Of a stretch of DNA of 64,000 nt, positions 40,401-53,601 are shown in pieces. The stretch comes from Podarcis cretensis (lineage: Eukaryota). Within the stretch, counting starts at the first letter, position 1. Every line of letters begins with the position of its first letter. The translations under genes and the position numbers were made by a program. The DNA is taken from assembly GCA_951804945.1 (NCBI GenBank), contig OX638157.1:29016001-29080000 (forward strand). The letters run 5' to 3'. The notes under the pieces were generated by a model. The model did no database searches and had not been told where the DNA came from. It saw only the letters and a program-made list of their open reading frames with translations.

Positions 40401-41286
40401 CTATGGCCAGGAGCTTCTTTTTTGATGATTACATATGAGATTTAAAATTAATTTTAAGCCTACAGTAATAAGGCAAAAATTTTGCATGCATGATTGTCAT
40501 TTCGCTCATCCTAGTAAATTGATAACAATGCACACATATCTTATTGAATTGACTAAAATGCGGTACACACATTGTACTCATACTGGGGTGGGGTGGGGTG
40601 AGGAGATAATTTCATTCTCCTATGAGAATAAAAGTAATGTGTAGATTTTGGAACACACACTTTTTAATCCACCATACTCTCTGTAGGTGGCACTGTGTAC
40701 TAGGAGATATTGAGGGCTTGTGCTTATTCTTAAATCTTAAGCAACCAGTAAAATTTGTAGTGCCCCCAGAGTAAAGTAGGATACTTTTTTCCTAATCAGA
40801 TTGGTAAATGCTAGACATGTATTGCCAATTTCTCTCATATTTATATTGTATACAAATGCTCATCCTAGAACAGTTAAAGTGCATTTACAACTGATACTAT
40901 TTACACAATTTTGTATCTAATTAACATTAAAAACAAGTTATGGTTCCAGACACACCATACATTTAAAGTACATTGCTTCCACCATATAATCCCTCGCAAT
41001 GCTACAATTTGCAGAAGCCTTCACAAATTACAGTTCCCAGGATTCTCTGGAGGAATGAGGCATATACGGCTCTGGTTAACAATTTGTGTGGCATTGTTCC
41101 TACATGAATCATATAAGATGAAGGCCATCAAACTTGGATTCACAGCTTCTGCCTTAGAATTCTGAGGCAAATGGTGGTGACGAGACGAAATTCTAGGCCT
41201 AAAAGGCCAAATAAAAACCGGCAAATCGCCAGGTGTGATTTATATTCACCTGAAATTTCTCAACAAATTCAAATGTGAAACTGAGG

Positions 41287-41881
41287 GAAGACACAAGATT
41301 TACCCACCCGGGAAGAATGACAGATGAAGTTGATGGACTACATGGAATTGGCGGAAATGACTGGCAGAATCCGAGACCAGGGGGAAGAGTCGGTGGAAGA
41401 AGACTGGAAAAAGTTTAAAGACTATTTACGGAAATACTGTAAAATTAATGAATGTTAGGAAAATGTTGGAATGAAGTTATATGGCTTTAGTAGAAATGTT
41501 ATGAGGAATCAAGGATAAACAGATTAATAGAGTATTAAAGGGAAAATAAGGTTAGAATGTGTTAAGATAATTATAGGATTAAAAATAGAGGAAGATGGAA
41601 AGGAATTGCTGGAAAAATTAATAGAAGTGGAATACGAAAAGGGAGGTGCGAGGAGGTCGCAGAAAGAAGTGAATGAAAGATAAGACATTGAAACTATTTG
41701 ATGTGTTTTAAATTGTGTTTGTTTTGTTTTGTTAGTTTAATGTTAGTGTTTTGTTAGTGTAATGTAGCGGGGTTTTTTTGTTTTTTGTTTGTATTGTATT
41801 GTATTGTATTGTATTGTTTTTATTTTTTGTAGTGTTTAAATTGTTGGAAAAGGTAATAAACATTATTTTTAAAAAAAAAAA
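41287..41881 (+). mobile_element. 5'-truncated LINE (L1/Tx1-like) 3' end inserted in CR1
   Basis: Homologous to 3832-4439; AATAAA plus A-tail; 17-bp TSD caaatgtgaaa(c/t)tgagg. Confidence 0.82.
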
Positions 41882-42520
41882 CAAATGTGAAATTGAGGCT
41901 CCTCTAGCAAAAGTATGTAACTTGCCCCTAAGAGCAGCCTTCATATATGAAGACTATAAAGTGGCCAAAGTAACACCAATTTTTAAAAAGAAATCTAGGA
42001 GGGATTATATAAATTACAGTCTAGTTAACTTAATGTCTGGAAAACTGGTGGAAAGTGTTGTTAAAGATAAAATAATGAAGCATATAGAAGAACAAGCCTT
42101 GCTAAAGCAGAAGCAGCATTGCTTCTTCAAGGGTAAGTCCTGTCTGACTAAGGTATTTTAGTTCTTTGAAAGTGTTAACATATACATATAGATAGAGGTG
42201 AACTTGTTGGCACAGTGTACTTGGACTTTCAAAGAGCTTTGAAAAAAGTACCTCACCAAAGACTCTTGAGTAAGCTTAGCAGTCATAGGATAAAGGGAAA
42301 GGTCCTTTAATGGATCAGAAACTGGTTACTTAACAGGATGCAAAACAAAGGAATAAATGGGTAGTTCTCTCAATGAAGGAATATAGAAAGCGGAGTCCCC
42401 AAGGGTTGATATTGAGACCCATGTTTTTTAACGTATTCATAAATGATCCAGAGTTAGGAGTAAGCAGTAAGGTGTCGAGGCTTGCTGGTGATACTAAATT
42501 GTTCAGGGCTATTAAAACAG

Positions 42521-42626
42521 TCACACTGGCCACGTGACCCGGAAGTGTCTTCGGACGGTGCCGGCTCACGGCCTCTAGAGTGAGACGAGCACGCAACCCT
42601 AGAGTCAGGGGTACCTTTACCTTTAC
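42521..42626 (+). mobile_element. 5'-truncated Sauria SINE inserted in CR1
   Basis: ggccacgtgacccggaagtg...ACCTTT tail; 12-bp TSD ctattaaaacag. Confidence 0.85.
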
Positions 42627-43968
42627 CTATTAAAACAGCAGCAGCAGCAGCAATAACATATTGTGGCAAACTCCCCTTAATTTCACATATACACACAGTG
42701 TGGTCTGAACTGGCAGTGGCTGACAAGGAATAATACATTGGGATCAAAGTAGCTAGCTTGATGAAGATGTTGAGCACCCAGTGCTCAAAGCTGTGAGAAA
42801 GGCAAATTCCATTAAGAAAAGGAACTGAAGCCACCAACTTGGATGACTAAAAGAAGTTTAGATATATTCATAGAGATAAAGGCTATCAGTGGCTACTAGC
42901 CATGATGGCTATTGCTCTGGCTTCTCATTAGAGACTGTATGGTCTTGAATACCAGCTACTAGAAACTGCAGGAGGGGAGAGTACTATTGCGCTTGACTCC
43001 TGCTTATGGGCTTCCCATAGGCATGTGTGTGGCCACTGGGAGAACAGGATCCTGAACTAGATAGGCCATTGGACTGATCCAGCAGGCTCTTATGTTCTTA
43101 GAATATGGTAGCATTGGTCAGAGTGACATCATCATATATGTGACATCATGTGACATTTATAAATTAGATGAAGTGATTCTGGTGAAAACTGCCTTAGTGG
43201 TCAAAGATTTTCTTACTGTATGTTGCAACTTAATAATGTGTGCATGCTGTTAAGACAAAGATGACCCCATCCCAAGAACAGCCAACACAAATTTTCCTCA
43301 CATCCATCATTTGAGGTAAGAAGTAACAGAGGCATGCCTGGGCGGTCAACATGTTCACAGATGTCAAGTGATAATGTCACTTTTTATGTCACCCGCATAG
43401 CATGAAATAAAAAAGGCAAATAAAACCCTTTTACGTTAAATCCACAGAACAAAGCCAAGGGAACCAAGACAACATTGGCCAATGCATGAAACTGAAGATT
43501 TATTATCACATTCCATTGTCAAAGACACCATTTTAATTAGGATTGTGGCATCTATAGAATTGGCGCCATAAGCCAGATGTGAGTGACCTTCAGTATTTTT
43601 TTTTAGAAGTTGCACGGCTATGTAATTATGCAAAATTTGTCATTTTTGAAGATCCATGCAACTAAAACCTTCAAAATCATCTGGATCTGGCTGTTTTTAG
43701 ATAATGGGATGAGACAATGCATTGAACCAACAATTGGTTGTACTATGACACAGCAGGGAATACATGTAATAAAGTCATTAACAATATTCTAGTATTACAA
43801 CTTTTCTTTAAGTAGATATTGCAAATGCATTGTACAATGCATGATTAACAAATACAAAGTCCATTTTCAAAAAAGAATTAAAACAGGCCAAGTCCTCTGC
43901 TTTCTACAATATCTTATATGTGTACATCTTCACAAGGCAACGTTTTTATTTTTGTAATTCTGTGTAGT

Positions 43969-44050
<82 letters not shown>
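43969..44050 (+). repeat. Compound (TC)n(CA)n microsatellite
   Basis: Direct reading. Confidence 0.95.
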
Positions 44051-46927
44051 TCTTACAAATGTATGATGTGCTTGGTATTGACAGCAGAGTAGAATACCAC
44101 AAATTCTAGTGATTGTGGAGTCCAAGGGGAGAGTGCCTGAATTAACAAGACAAAGTACATGCAACTACTTCTCAGCTTTGAAGTGCTGAACTGTTATTTG
44201 GATGTTAGGCCACACTGTTTATCAAGGGAAGGTCAGTAGTCAGGATTAACCAATGATGGAAGCAGAAACATGAAATGGAATGCACGATGATAATCAAGAA
44301 ACTGTACTTAGACAACATGTCTCCAAAATGTCACTGAACAGAAGCAATCAGAATGCAGGAACTGAAAGGAAAGAAATTTAACAAAGCTTGTATGCAGAAC
44401 TGATGGGTAATTGCTACTTTAATAAGAGAGTTATAGTTTTAACTTTGTATCAGAAGGTCATGACAACAATTTACAGCAAAGTCTCTGCTTCCATACCAAG
44501 CATTTGCCTTCCATGGCTTTCACTCAGGGCTGAACTGATGTGGTTGGATTACTGACATTTGCAACCGTCCATATAGAACTAACAGAATACCATGTATCTG
44601 TGATTTTGTACAAACCACTACACAAGGGTTCTGAGAAAATTTGCAAGGAAGTTTCTAATTTCTGCTCCAAGCACCATCACTGTTTGTTTCCCACTGGCAT
44701 GAAGGATATTTTCTGTTAACTAAAAGCTTATTCTGTACCCTTCATTCTTTGCATCCATTCAAGGCAGCCCAGCAAAAGAGCCCAATATTAATTTGGTTTT
44801 CTTGATGCTTTAAACACATTCAGGAAATAATTCCTATGCCTATAATGGGACATAGGCGCAGTAAGGCTAACTAATTACACACACCCCAAACTGCTAACTT
44901 CAGTTTTCAAAAGCAGATGTCTTGTAGAAAAAATATAAGTAAAATATTATCAGAAATTTATAAGATATAACAAAAACTTATCTGTATAAATCTGGGCCTC
45001 TCAAAGATCAGTAGTGTGCCCTCTGAGGTCTGGGCCATTAGCAGCTGCCTAGTTGGTCTAATGATAGCACCACCCCTGCATATATGGTCCCCAAAATAGT
45101 ATTTTCATACTGAAAGTGGGGTTCATAGATTCAAAATTCTGTTCTATCATATAACAAACTCATTCTCTCTTCTCCCATTAGGAAAACAGGGTTAGTGACT
45201 AGATATACAGGAAAGTGTCTGAGAATAGGAAGTGTTGATCACTTTGCAGATTTAAAGTGTCAACTTCATATTTTATCATAAATAAATCAAAATTAACAAG
45301 CAGAAGCCTATGCAGAGCAGTCAGGACTGGTGAATTATGTTCAACATTAACCAGTGGGAAGGTGAGAATCATCTGGGCCTGAATAAAAACAACAGCAACC
45401 CAGACAACTATCTAGTTATTTGCCAGGAAGGCTCCTTCAGTTCCATGGAAATTCATCTTTAAATGAAACATCACCCTCAAAATGCTGAGAAGTAGGGCGT
45501 TTTAAATAGAAATGTGCTTATGTAAAGTCAGTTAAGGAGATATTTCCTTTGCACATGTAAACTCCATAAAACTTTGTATGATTCCTTGAAAACTAGTGCC
45601 TTAAATTTTCCTCCGATTCAGCTTTATAAAATGTGCAAAGTCCCTCAAGGCTTGGAGCAGGGTTTACACTCTTTAATTTATGACTGCTCTTATGATCCAT
45701 TTTGGCAGCAAAAGAGCGGAACACAGTTTCCATTTCAGAATATGGACTCGTCCATACTTCTCCTTGTCCTGTGCCTAGAAAGCATGGATCTAAGTGCTTT
45801 TCTGCTTGTCTCTTGCTTCCTAGGCACAGGTCCAAGAGGCTTTGTGTTAGCCACACAGCTTTCCCCTGGAAAATATGCTGTTTACCACTGAATTGGAACA
45901 AACAGCAATCCTCAGAAAACCTGACTGCCGTATGTTCCAATCCAGATGCAAACTGCGGGTTTTCCTGGGGAAAAGAGGTAGGGCAAATGGAGGTGCAGAC
46001 GAGCGCACTAAAATAAAGGACAAAAAAACCCACACAAAAACATTGTCATATAATTGCCAGAGCAAAAAACAAACAAATGAAAAGCACAGGGCCTGTTCTG
46101 TATTTGCTGAGTGGGAAGCAAGACCTTTTGCCAACCAGCTTTCCCCTGGTGCAGAATTGCAATTGCTACCTTTAAGTTAGTTTTGAAGGGTGACACATTG
46201 ACACTTGGCCATTCAATGAGTCCTTAAATAGAACTGTATAGCTGAATTGAAATACTGCATACACATTTGATGCAGCCAGTGGTGGGACAGAGCTGTCTTC
46301 CTGTCACTGGTGGTGTTTGCAACTTACCAGGATAGGGTGGAGCAGCGGTGAGGTGCTCCCCCCCCCCCCCACTTTAATGGCTAGGTTAGGGAATGTAGAG
46401 CAGGTTGCACAGCGGACAGTTCTGTTGTCCGACATCACACTGCCACTCTGTGCCCCCAGCATCCATTGCCTAATACGACTAGCTCATTCTGCCCAATGGT
46501 AAAGCCTGTCCTTGTGACTAAGACCACAGCCATTACCTACTCATTTTACCCCAAAGAGAGCTAAAACCCAGCCTGCACACTTTTACTTTCTTTAGATTCA
46601 GACATGAAACAAGATCTTGACCAGCTCAAAGATAACAGAACCAGGGTTTCCAAAGTGCTATTTAGTTCAGCGCTCAGATGCAAGGCGTTCCAACCATCAT
46701 TCAACCTAAGCAATTCAGATGAGCCACAGTGCACTAGAAACAGAGAGCAGGTGCACTGCAGAAAGTCCTGGCCCACAAAAATGAAAAAGAACAACAACCA
46801 CAAAATAAACACTGAGGTTTGTCACTAATATGATCAACTTTCCACCACAAAATTTCCTTCCTGTTGCAAGTTTAGCAGCTCTGTATATGAGCAAAGACCA
46901 TCTAGTGAAGGTCTGTACACACAACAA

Positions 46928-47208
46928 GGGAGCCGATGTTTGTCCACAGACAGTTTTTCTGGGCCATGTGGCCAGTATGACTAAGCCGCTTCTGGCGAAA
47001 CCAGAGCAGCGCTCAGAAACCCAGTTTACCTTCCCGCCGGAGCGGTACCTATTTATCTACTTGCACTTTGACGTGCTTTCGAACTGTTAGGTTGGCAGGA
47101 GCTGGGACCAAGCAATGGGAGCTCACCCTGTCATGGGGATTCGAACCGCCGACCTTCCAATTGGCAAGCCCTAGGCTCGGTGGTTTAGACCACAGCACCA
47201 CCTGCGTC
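46928..47208 (-). mobile_element. Sauria SINE (3'-truncated)
   Basis: Homologous to 622-978 including the tRNA-like head. Confidence 0.88.

Positions 47209-47212
<4 letters not shown>

Positions 47213-47253
<41 letters not shown>
47213..47253 (+). repeat. (TAA)n microsatellite
   Basis: Direct reading. Confidence 0.95.
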
Positions 47254-49866
47254 GCAGCAACTGCTTCCTCCACCACATCCTGACTCATCCTGGTCCACAT
47301 ATTGGATGAAACTTTTAACTGGAGTCTACATCTAGGAGTTAAACATGTGCAGGTTGAGTCTAGATTCTTACCTCTCAAAGTACATCCAAAGCATAGACAT
47401 ATTTCTGTGACCCATTGCAAAAGAAAACCATGTTTGGTGCAATTCCATGCCACTCACATTCTGCCTCTATCAAGCAATTTCTAGATGAATTTGGAAATAA
47501 AAAAAAATAAAAGATGGCAGCAGCTTTCTTTTTAGTTCTGATTCTTCAATCACACAAAATGATTTCTCCATCATCAAGAGAAAAAAAGGGGGTCAGCTTT
47601 GAGAAAACCCAGATAGGCAATCCCCCATGTTTTCAAAGAAACCTATGAAAATACAGTGTCTGAAAAACAGACAAACTACAGCCAAGAGTCTTGATTCTCT
47701 GCCATCAGTAATCTGAAAGGTCTGGACTACTAAATGCTAATAGGTATGGGAGTAAAGGTCAGAATAGGAGTGGAAAATCCTATGAAATGGGGTGCTTTCA
47801 AAGATCACTGCACTGTTCAGACCAGCCTCAGCTACAGAATGCTATGTCTCTTCAAACTCTGGTATTATGCTAGTGAAACCTGCAGTATGTAACAGGTACT
47901 GGGGCTTATGACAATTTACACTATGAACCACTTAAGTTCCAAGACCTTCTCTTATTCTATTTACTTCCCACTTTTGAAATTTCATCCTCTATTAGAGAAA
48001 TCTTACACAAATAATGAAATCTAATCTATAGGAATATATTGATGTTACTTATATGTAATCCACACCCTAAATGTCCCAGGTGGTACACATAATAAACATG
48101 AAAACCAATAACAATACCCACTTAACTTTCAACTTACCAGTGTCTCCTGCCAAAGTACATTTTACCAATTGTAATAAGATCACGGGGGGGGGGGGGGAGG
48201 ATCATTTGCTAGCAATCCAAGCTCTTTTTAGACATTGTAAGCAAACATACATATATTATCTGGAATTGGAATAAGATTTTTTAATTTGTAGAATGTTACC
48301 TCTAGCCAAGATAATATTAGTGGCAAGTAACATAAAATGTTAAACAAAGATCATCTGGTTTATCCAGGCTTGGCAAATAGTCATACATCTCCAAAACAAA
48401 CTTGCAGAACGCCTGGCCTAGCATGATAGCTGCTGGCTTTTATTTTTATAGTCTGTTGCTAAAGCAGTGGTCGGCTAAAAATATATTCTGTCAAACAATG
48501 ATATTGTATTCTCAAAGAAATACCCTATAAATACCCCTGATAGGTCATCCCTATTGGAGCGAGGAAAACGAAAAGAAATTCTGTTGATGAATATAGAAGG
48601 AATCTGTATAGACAAGGTTCTGAAATACAGAACTACAGACAGCAATATAGTTATAAGTGTTTGAGTAGAAATTATTTCTTCAAAGAATTCTTCACACCCA
48701 ACACATCCTTGTACACCCAAAATTGGATCCATAAGATGGTTGCCACAATCCAATGCTGTTGTTTTTTGTATGGAGTTCTGATAAACATGGAGAGCTATAA
48801 TGTTTATTTCAGTTGAACCCCAACTTCATTTATTTGAAATGAATAGAACAGCCTGGATCCACAAGTGTTCTGTGTGGATGTCTTTATCTAAATATTCATC
48901 AATACATCATTCAATTAAAAAAAAAACAACTTTTAGAATTTGTGTGTGAAGAGCCAAGGAATTACAGATCAGAGTCTCTTAATGGTTCACATGTGGAAAA
49001 TTCATGTACATGGACTATATAGAAAACTGATAGCATCTGAAACAGCTCTTCACACTTGCAAAACCCCTCAGGTTAAAGATCAGAAGTAGATGCTTTTAAT
49101 CTTCTCTTGTGGTTTGTAAATGAGAAGAGGAGGGAACCCAAGGCTCATGCAGGCTCATTCACGTAGCAGGAAACCATAATTTCATCAAGAAGACTAAACT
49201 TAGGAAACTGAGGTTTATTTAAATCAGGTTTCCCCAACATGGTGCCCTCCAGATGTTGTTGGACTACAACCATCATAAGCTACAGCCAACATGACCAGTG
49301 GTTAGAGATAAAAACTATGGTTTAGCAAGAACAAGTCAGGATAAAACTGTCCATGTAGCTTCGTTCATGCAGTTTGAAAGTATTCTCCCTATTATATCTA
49401 AACATTAAGGCCATAGAATCTTTTTTTAAGTTTTCTATTTTTCTCATCTTTTCTTCCTTCTGACTTTGTTCTCTTATAGACTAAGTAGTTGTTTCATCTT
49501 AGTATACTATAAAAAGACACATTGTAATGGGTATGCATTTTTTTATATCTTTGAATAAGTATAAATAAATAAGATCCTGTTAAAGTTCAAAGATGGCTCT
49601 CCTTGACAATTGCATCTCAAGACATTTATTGTGATAATAGGTTACGAGAATTCAACAGATCCTCCTTGATGATACCATGAACTTAAAATTTGTAAAACAA
49701 GAGGCCCAGTTTCATAGATACTTTCTCCACACAGATTGTTCTTTCCTGTCAAAGGATGATCATTCCCCCAGACCAAGGGTCAATCCCAACTGAATTCAAA
49801 GCCATTGAAAACCTTAACTTGTGAACAAAAACATTTCCTCTCAGAGCTTCAGTTTTATTCTTTTAC

Positions 49867-49994
49867 CTCATTTGATGGAACATTGGCAAACGGTTTGATG
49901 ATAGCAGCTAACGGAATTTGAGCCTGTTTCGCCAGATCTGAAGATGAAGGAAAGCAGTATGTGGTACATCGAATGAAGCGAGGGCTGGCATTAC
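49867..49994 (-). CDS. SEC24D: SEC24D coding exon 7
   Basis: [42 protein letters not shown]; 128 nt; AG/GT flanks. Confidence 0.96.
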
Positions 49995-50780
49995 CTAGGA
50001 CAATCAAAACAATGAGAAGATTTGATGAAGTAAAAAAAAATTAAAATAGCATGCTTAGGGCTAATTAAAAGCAACTTATAATTCTTATAATGAGACAGAA
50101 GTTCATCACATAACATTTTAGAGCAGGAAAAGGAGAGATTGCAGGGTGGGAAAGTTTCTCAAAACTGCTTCCTCAACTTTTTCCACCAATGCCACTTGTT
50201 TTGTGGTCTGAGCTGTAATAACTGCACTCCATGCTCCCTGGCTGATGTTTTAAATCCACAAGTTTCCAGAGTGAGAGCAGGAAGCATTATGGTCACTTGG
50301 CCTTGGCTTCATGCCAAAGCCATGTCATCACTTTGTGTTGCCAGGAAGCCAAATCAGAGAGGGGGCAATGCATCCTGCTCTCTCTGGAAAACTTGTGGAT
50401 CAAAAAAGGTGTGCAGTCACGGCTGCTGGCAAGTTTGCATCACTTGCATCACCATCAATAACCTTCAGAAACTCACATCTCACAATAAGTATAGAGATTG
50501 AGGCTAAGCACTACTTAAATACAACATCTTGCTCCTTCCACTGAACTCCTTAGTAATTTCTTATAAACCTTTTGATTTTTATTACGTTCTATGAAAAAGA
50601 AAATCAGGATTGGTTATGATTTAACAGCTCAAAGCATTGTCAGTTTAATGATCAAACAGTAAACACAACAGTATCATCAAATTCCAGTCAATCCTAAACA
50701 AAGAAAATCCCAGTCAATCCTAAACAAAGAACCAACACAAACCCAGTCACTAAAAGTAATTTCAAGCAAAAAGGTTTATA

Positions 50781-51195
50781 CAGCACCCCCCTTACATGCA
50801 CCCCACTCATGCATGACCGCCTTTACATGTATTAAATACATAAATAGATTGGCCTCCCCTTGTTCGGGGCTGCTGCCCAGACAAGGGAATGTAGCCTTCA
50901 GTCAACGAGTGGTATGGGGCAAGAGGCGCTTTCTCCCCCCTCCACCACATCTTTCCACCCTCATCCTGAGGCCAGTATTGCTGGCTACCCTTCTCACCCC
51001 TTGCCCTCTGTGGCCAGGCAGGCTCAAAATAGGCCAGGCAGTGGCCCCGAGTGATTTCCAGGGTGCGCCCCCCAATCTCTCTTTCCTTCCCACACACCCT
51101 CCGTATTACAGTGGGGTGCTCCCCACTTTACAATATGTCACTTATGCACAGAGGGGCCTGGAACGTAACCTTCACATAAGTGGGGAGGCTGCCTG
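50781..51195. mobile_element. Degenerate Tc1/mariner-type MITE
   Basis: TA|cagcaccccccttac...gtggggaggctgcctg|TA imperfect termini. Confidence 0.45.
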
Positions 51196-51280
51196 TAGAC
51201 AGACGATGCTTAAAGTCAGCCTTGTCAAGGAAAATGAATTCCACAATTGTGACCATTCACTAAGAACCCATTTCTATATA

Positions 51281-51512
51281 CAGTGGTACCTCAGGTTAAG
51301 TACTTAATTCGTTCCGGAGGTCCGTTCTTAACCTGAAACTGTTCTTAACCTGAAGCACCACTTTAGCTAATGGGGCCTTCTGATGCTGCTGCGCCGATTT
51401 CTGTTCTCATCCTGAAGCAAAGTTCTTAACCCGAGGTACTATTTCTGGGTTAGCGGAGTCTGTAACCTGAAGCGTATGTAACCTGAAGCGTATGTAACCT
51501 GAGGTACCACTG
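51281..51512. mobile_element. Tc1/mariner-type MITE
   Basis: TA|cagtggtacctcaggtta...taacctgaggtaccactg|TA. Confidence 0.9.
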
Positions 51513-51692
51513 TATTGTTGCCCTGTCCACTTGACAAACAGAGGCAACCCGCCAAATATCTTCCTGGCCAATTTAAAAAGGCATCATAGAAATTAAACAT
51601 GAACATTCCTATCAAAAGAGAAAGAGAAAGGGAAAGGGGGAGAGAATTCAATTTCTCATAGGAAATGAAGCCAAAAATGGTTTCCTATTTAC

Positions 51693-51804
51693 CTTGATCT
51701 TGGATCACACAATCTGTAGTAACTAGAGGAGGAACTTGACCCCTGATGTTGGTAGCATAGATTTGACCTCCCCGGGACACTTTGTCATTTTCGATAACCT
51801 GGAT
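51693..51804 (-). CDS. SEC24D: SEC24D coding exon 6
   Basis: cataag|[37 protein letters not shown](G)|gtaaat; 112 nt. Confidence 0.93.
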
Positions 51805-52020
51805 CTTATGGATAAAATGTTTAAAATTGTAAGAAATGTGAGCTTTATAGTGGTTCAAGAATAAGGGCTTCTATATATACAGGACAATTTCTATATCCAG
51901 CATTTATGGACATAGATGAGGAACCTTTGGCCCTCCAGGTGTTGCTGAACTAACTCCCATAATCTCTGGCTATTGGTCATGCTTGCTAAGATTGATAGGA
52001 GATGGAGTTCAGGAACATCT

Positions 52021-52310
52021 GGCCGCGGCTCCAATCTGGTGGAACGCTCTGTCACAAGAGACTAGGGCCCTGCGGGACTTGACATCTTTCCGCAGGGCCT
52101 GCAAGACAGAGCTGTCCAACAGGCCTTTGGCCAGGGCGCAGCCTGACCCCCCTCCTCTGGCAATCTGCACAGAATTTTGCTTATTGGTTGCCATCAATTT
52201 GATTTTAATTAATTTTTATAATGAAATGTTTTTAGAATCGTTGGATTATTTTGATTGTTGTTAGCCACCCTGAGCCCAGCTTCAGCTGGGGAGGGTGGGA
52301 TATAAATAAA

Positions 52311-52357
<47 letters not shown>
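52021..52357 (+). mobile_element. L2 LINE 3' end with (TTA)n tail
   Basis: ctggtggaacgctctg...tgttagccaccctgagccc...gggatataaataaa followed by (tta)n. Confidence 0.7.
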
Positions 52358-53479
52358 GTTCCCTGCTTCTGATATAAGAGATAGGAATCCCAGGAGCCAC
52401 ACCCTTGTCTACTGAAATATATTGGGGGTGCTTTGCTCAGAGCTCCACACTTCTCAAGAGATTTGAGGATGTACCGGAACTCTGTGTGTGGACCAAAATT
52501 GAAAAACCATACACAATTAAACTTGTTTGGAATGGTAACAGAATGTGCCTTAACTGGATTCTCCCCCAGATTTTGCAGCTTGGTTCTTCTGGAAAGATTT
52601 CTGGATCAAAACTTGGAGCGAAAGGATTCAGCTGCATTCCGGAGGAGTGCCTCAGAATTTTTCTAGGAGGAAACTGAATGGGTAAAACTAAAATAACTAT
52701 TATTCTGTTTTCCTCCTATTTGAGAAATTGTGCTATGGTCTCGATTACACTATTTCATCATTTCATCACACCGTTTGCATATTAAAAAATGGGGTGGGGG
52801 ATATGCATAAGATTGTAGATTATAAACTGTCTGAATTAGAAATGATCATGTGGATCCTTTCTGAAACAGACTTTGATCTGCAACAATTTTGTTATTTGTT
52901 AAAGTGTCTAAAGACTTCATTGTTCTTTGGAGGAACCTACATTTCTGGGTTTTTACTGAGCCCTTTTCATTTACAAAGGTAAAATATAAATTATTTATGG
53001 ACATTTGCTTGCTTTATACTGCTAAAATCCATTGAGAAAACATACAACTTGAACTTGAACCTTAGCCTGAGGAACTGGCTTAGCCACGAAAAGTTTCACA
53101 TTTCAAAGCTACATCTTTAAACGCTAGATTAACCACAGTGGAAAGTATCCAACAAAATGCTTCCATTTTGTTGGAAGGATGCTTGTGCAATGGAACTTCT
53201 CTTCCCTCTCCTCTCCCTCTCCCTCTGCCCATTCCCACTCCCCTCAAACTCCAGAAGGTTGTAGGAATCCCAGAACCAATTTCAAGGGCGCATGGGCAGA
53301 GGAGAGGGAGGGGAACTTCATTTCACAGCCCAAAGTCCTAGAGCTAGCAGAAGCACTTCATTGGATGCCACCCAATATTCTGTTATGCCTTACTATAATG
53401 TGGAATTGCTTGAAAGCTCCCCATTTTCCCTCTCATGCTGTTGTTTTAGTCACATTTCCTACAAGAAGCTCTTACTCAC

Positions 53480-53601
53480 CGGGCTTGGAATGGAATCAGG
53501 ATCTAGTTTCTTCTGCTGTGGTCCAGCTAATTGTGCTGGACCTGATTGGAGCCCCCCTGGATAAGACAGCTGTGCACCTGCCATTGGAGGACCAAAATTT
53601 C
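53480..53601 (-). CDS. SEC24D: SEC24D coding exon 5
   Basis: [16 protein letters not shown]...[12 protein letters not shown]|gtgagt; 122 nt. Confidence 0.95.

Larger units (their letters stand above)
41190..43100 (+). mobile_element. CR1 LINE remnant (RT region to 3' end) with two nested insertions
   Basis: Decayed ORF2 ...EDYKVAKVTPIFKK...NYSLVNLMSGKLVES...KGKSCLT; 3' end cttatgttctt at ~43100. Confidence 0.8.

Noticed and set aside
50684-50731. 26-bp-period direct duplication
   Set aside because: Ordinary local slippage with no further structure
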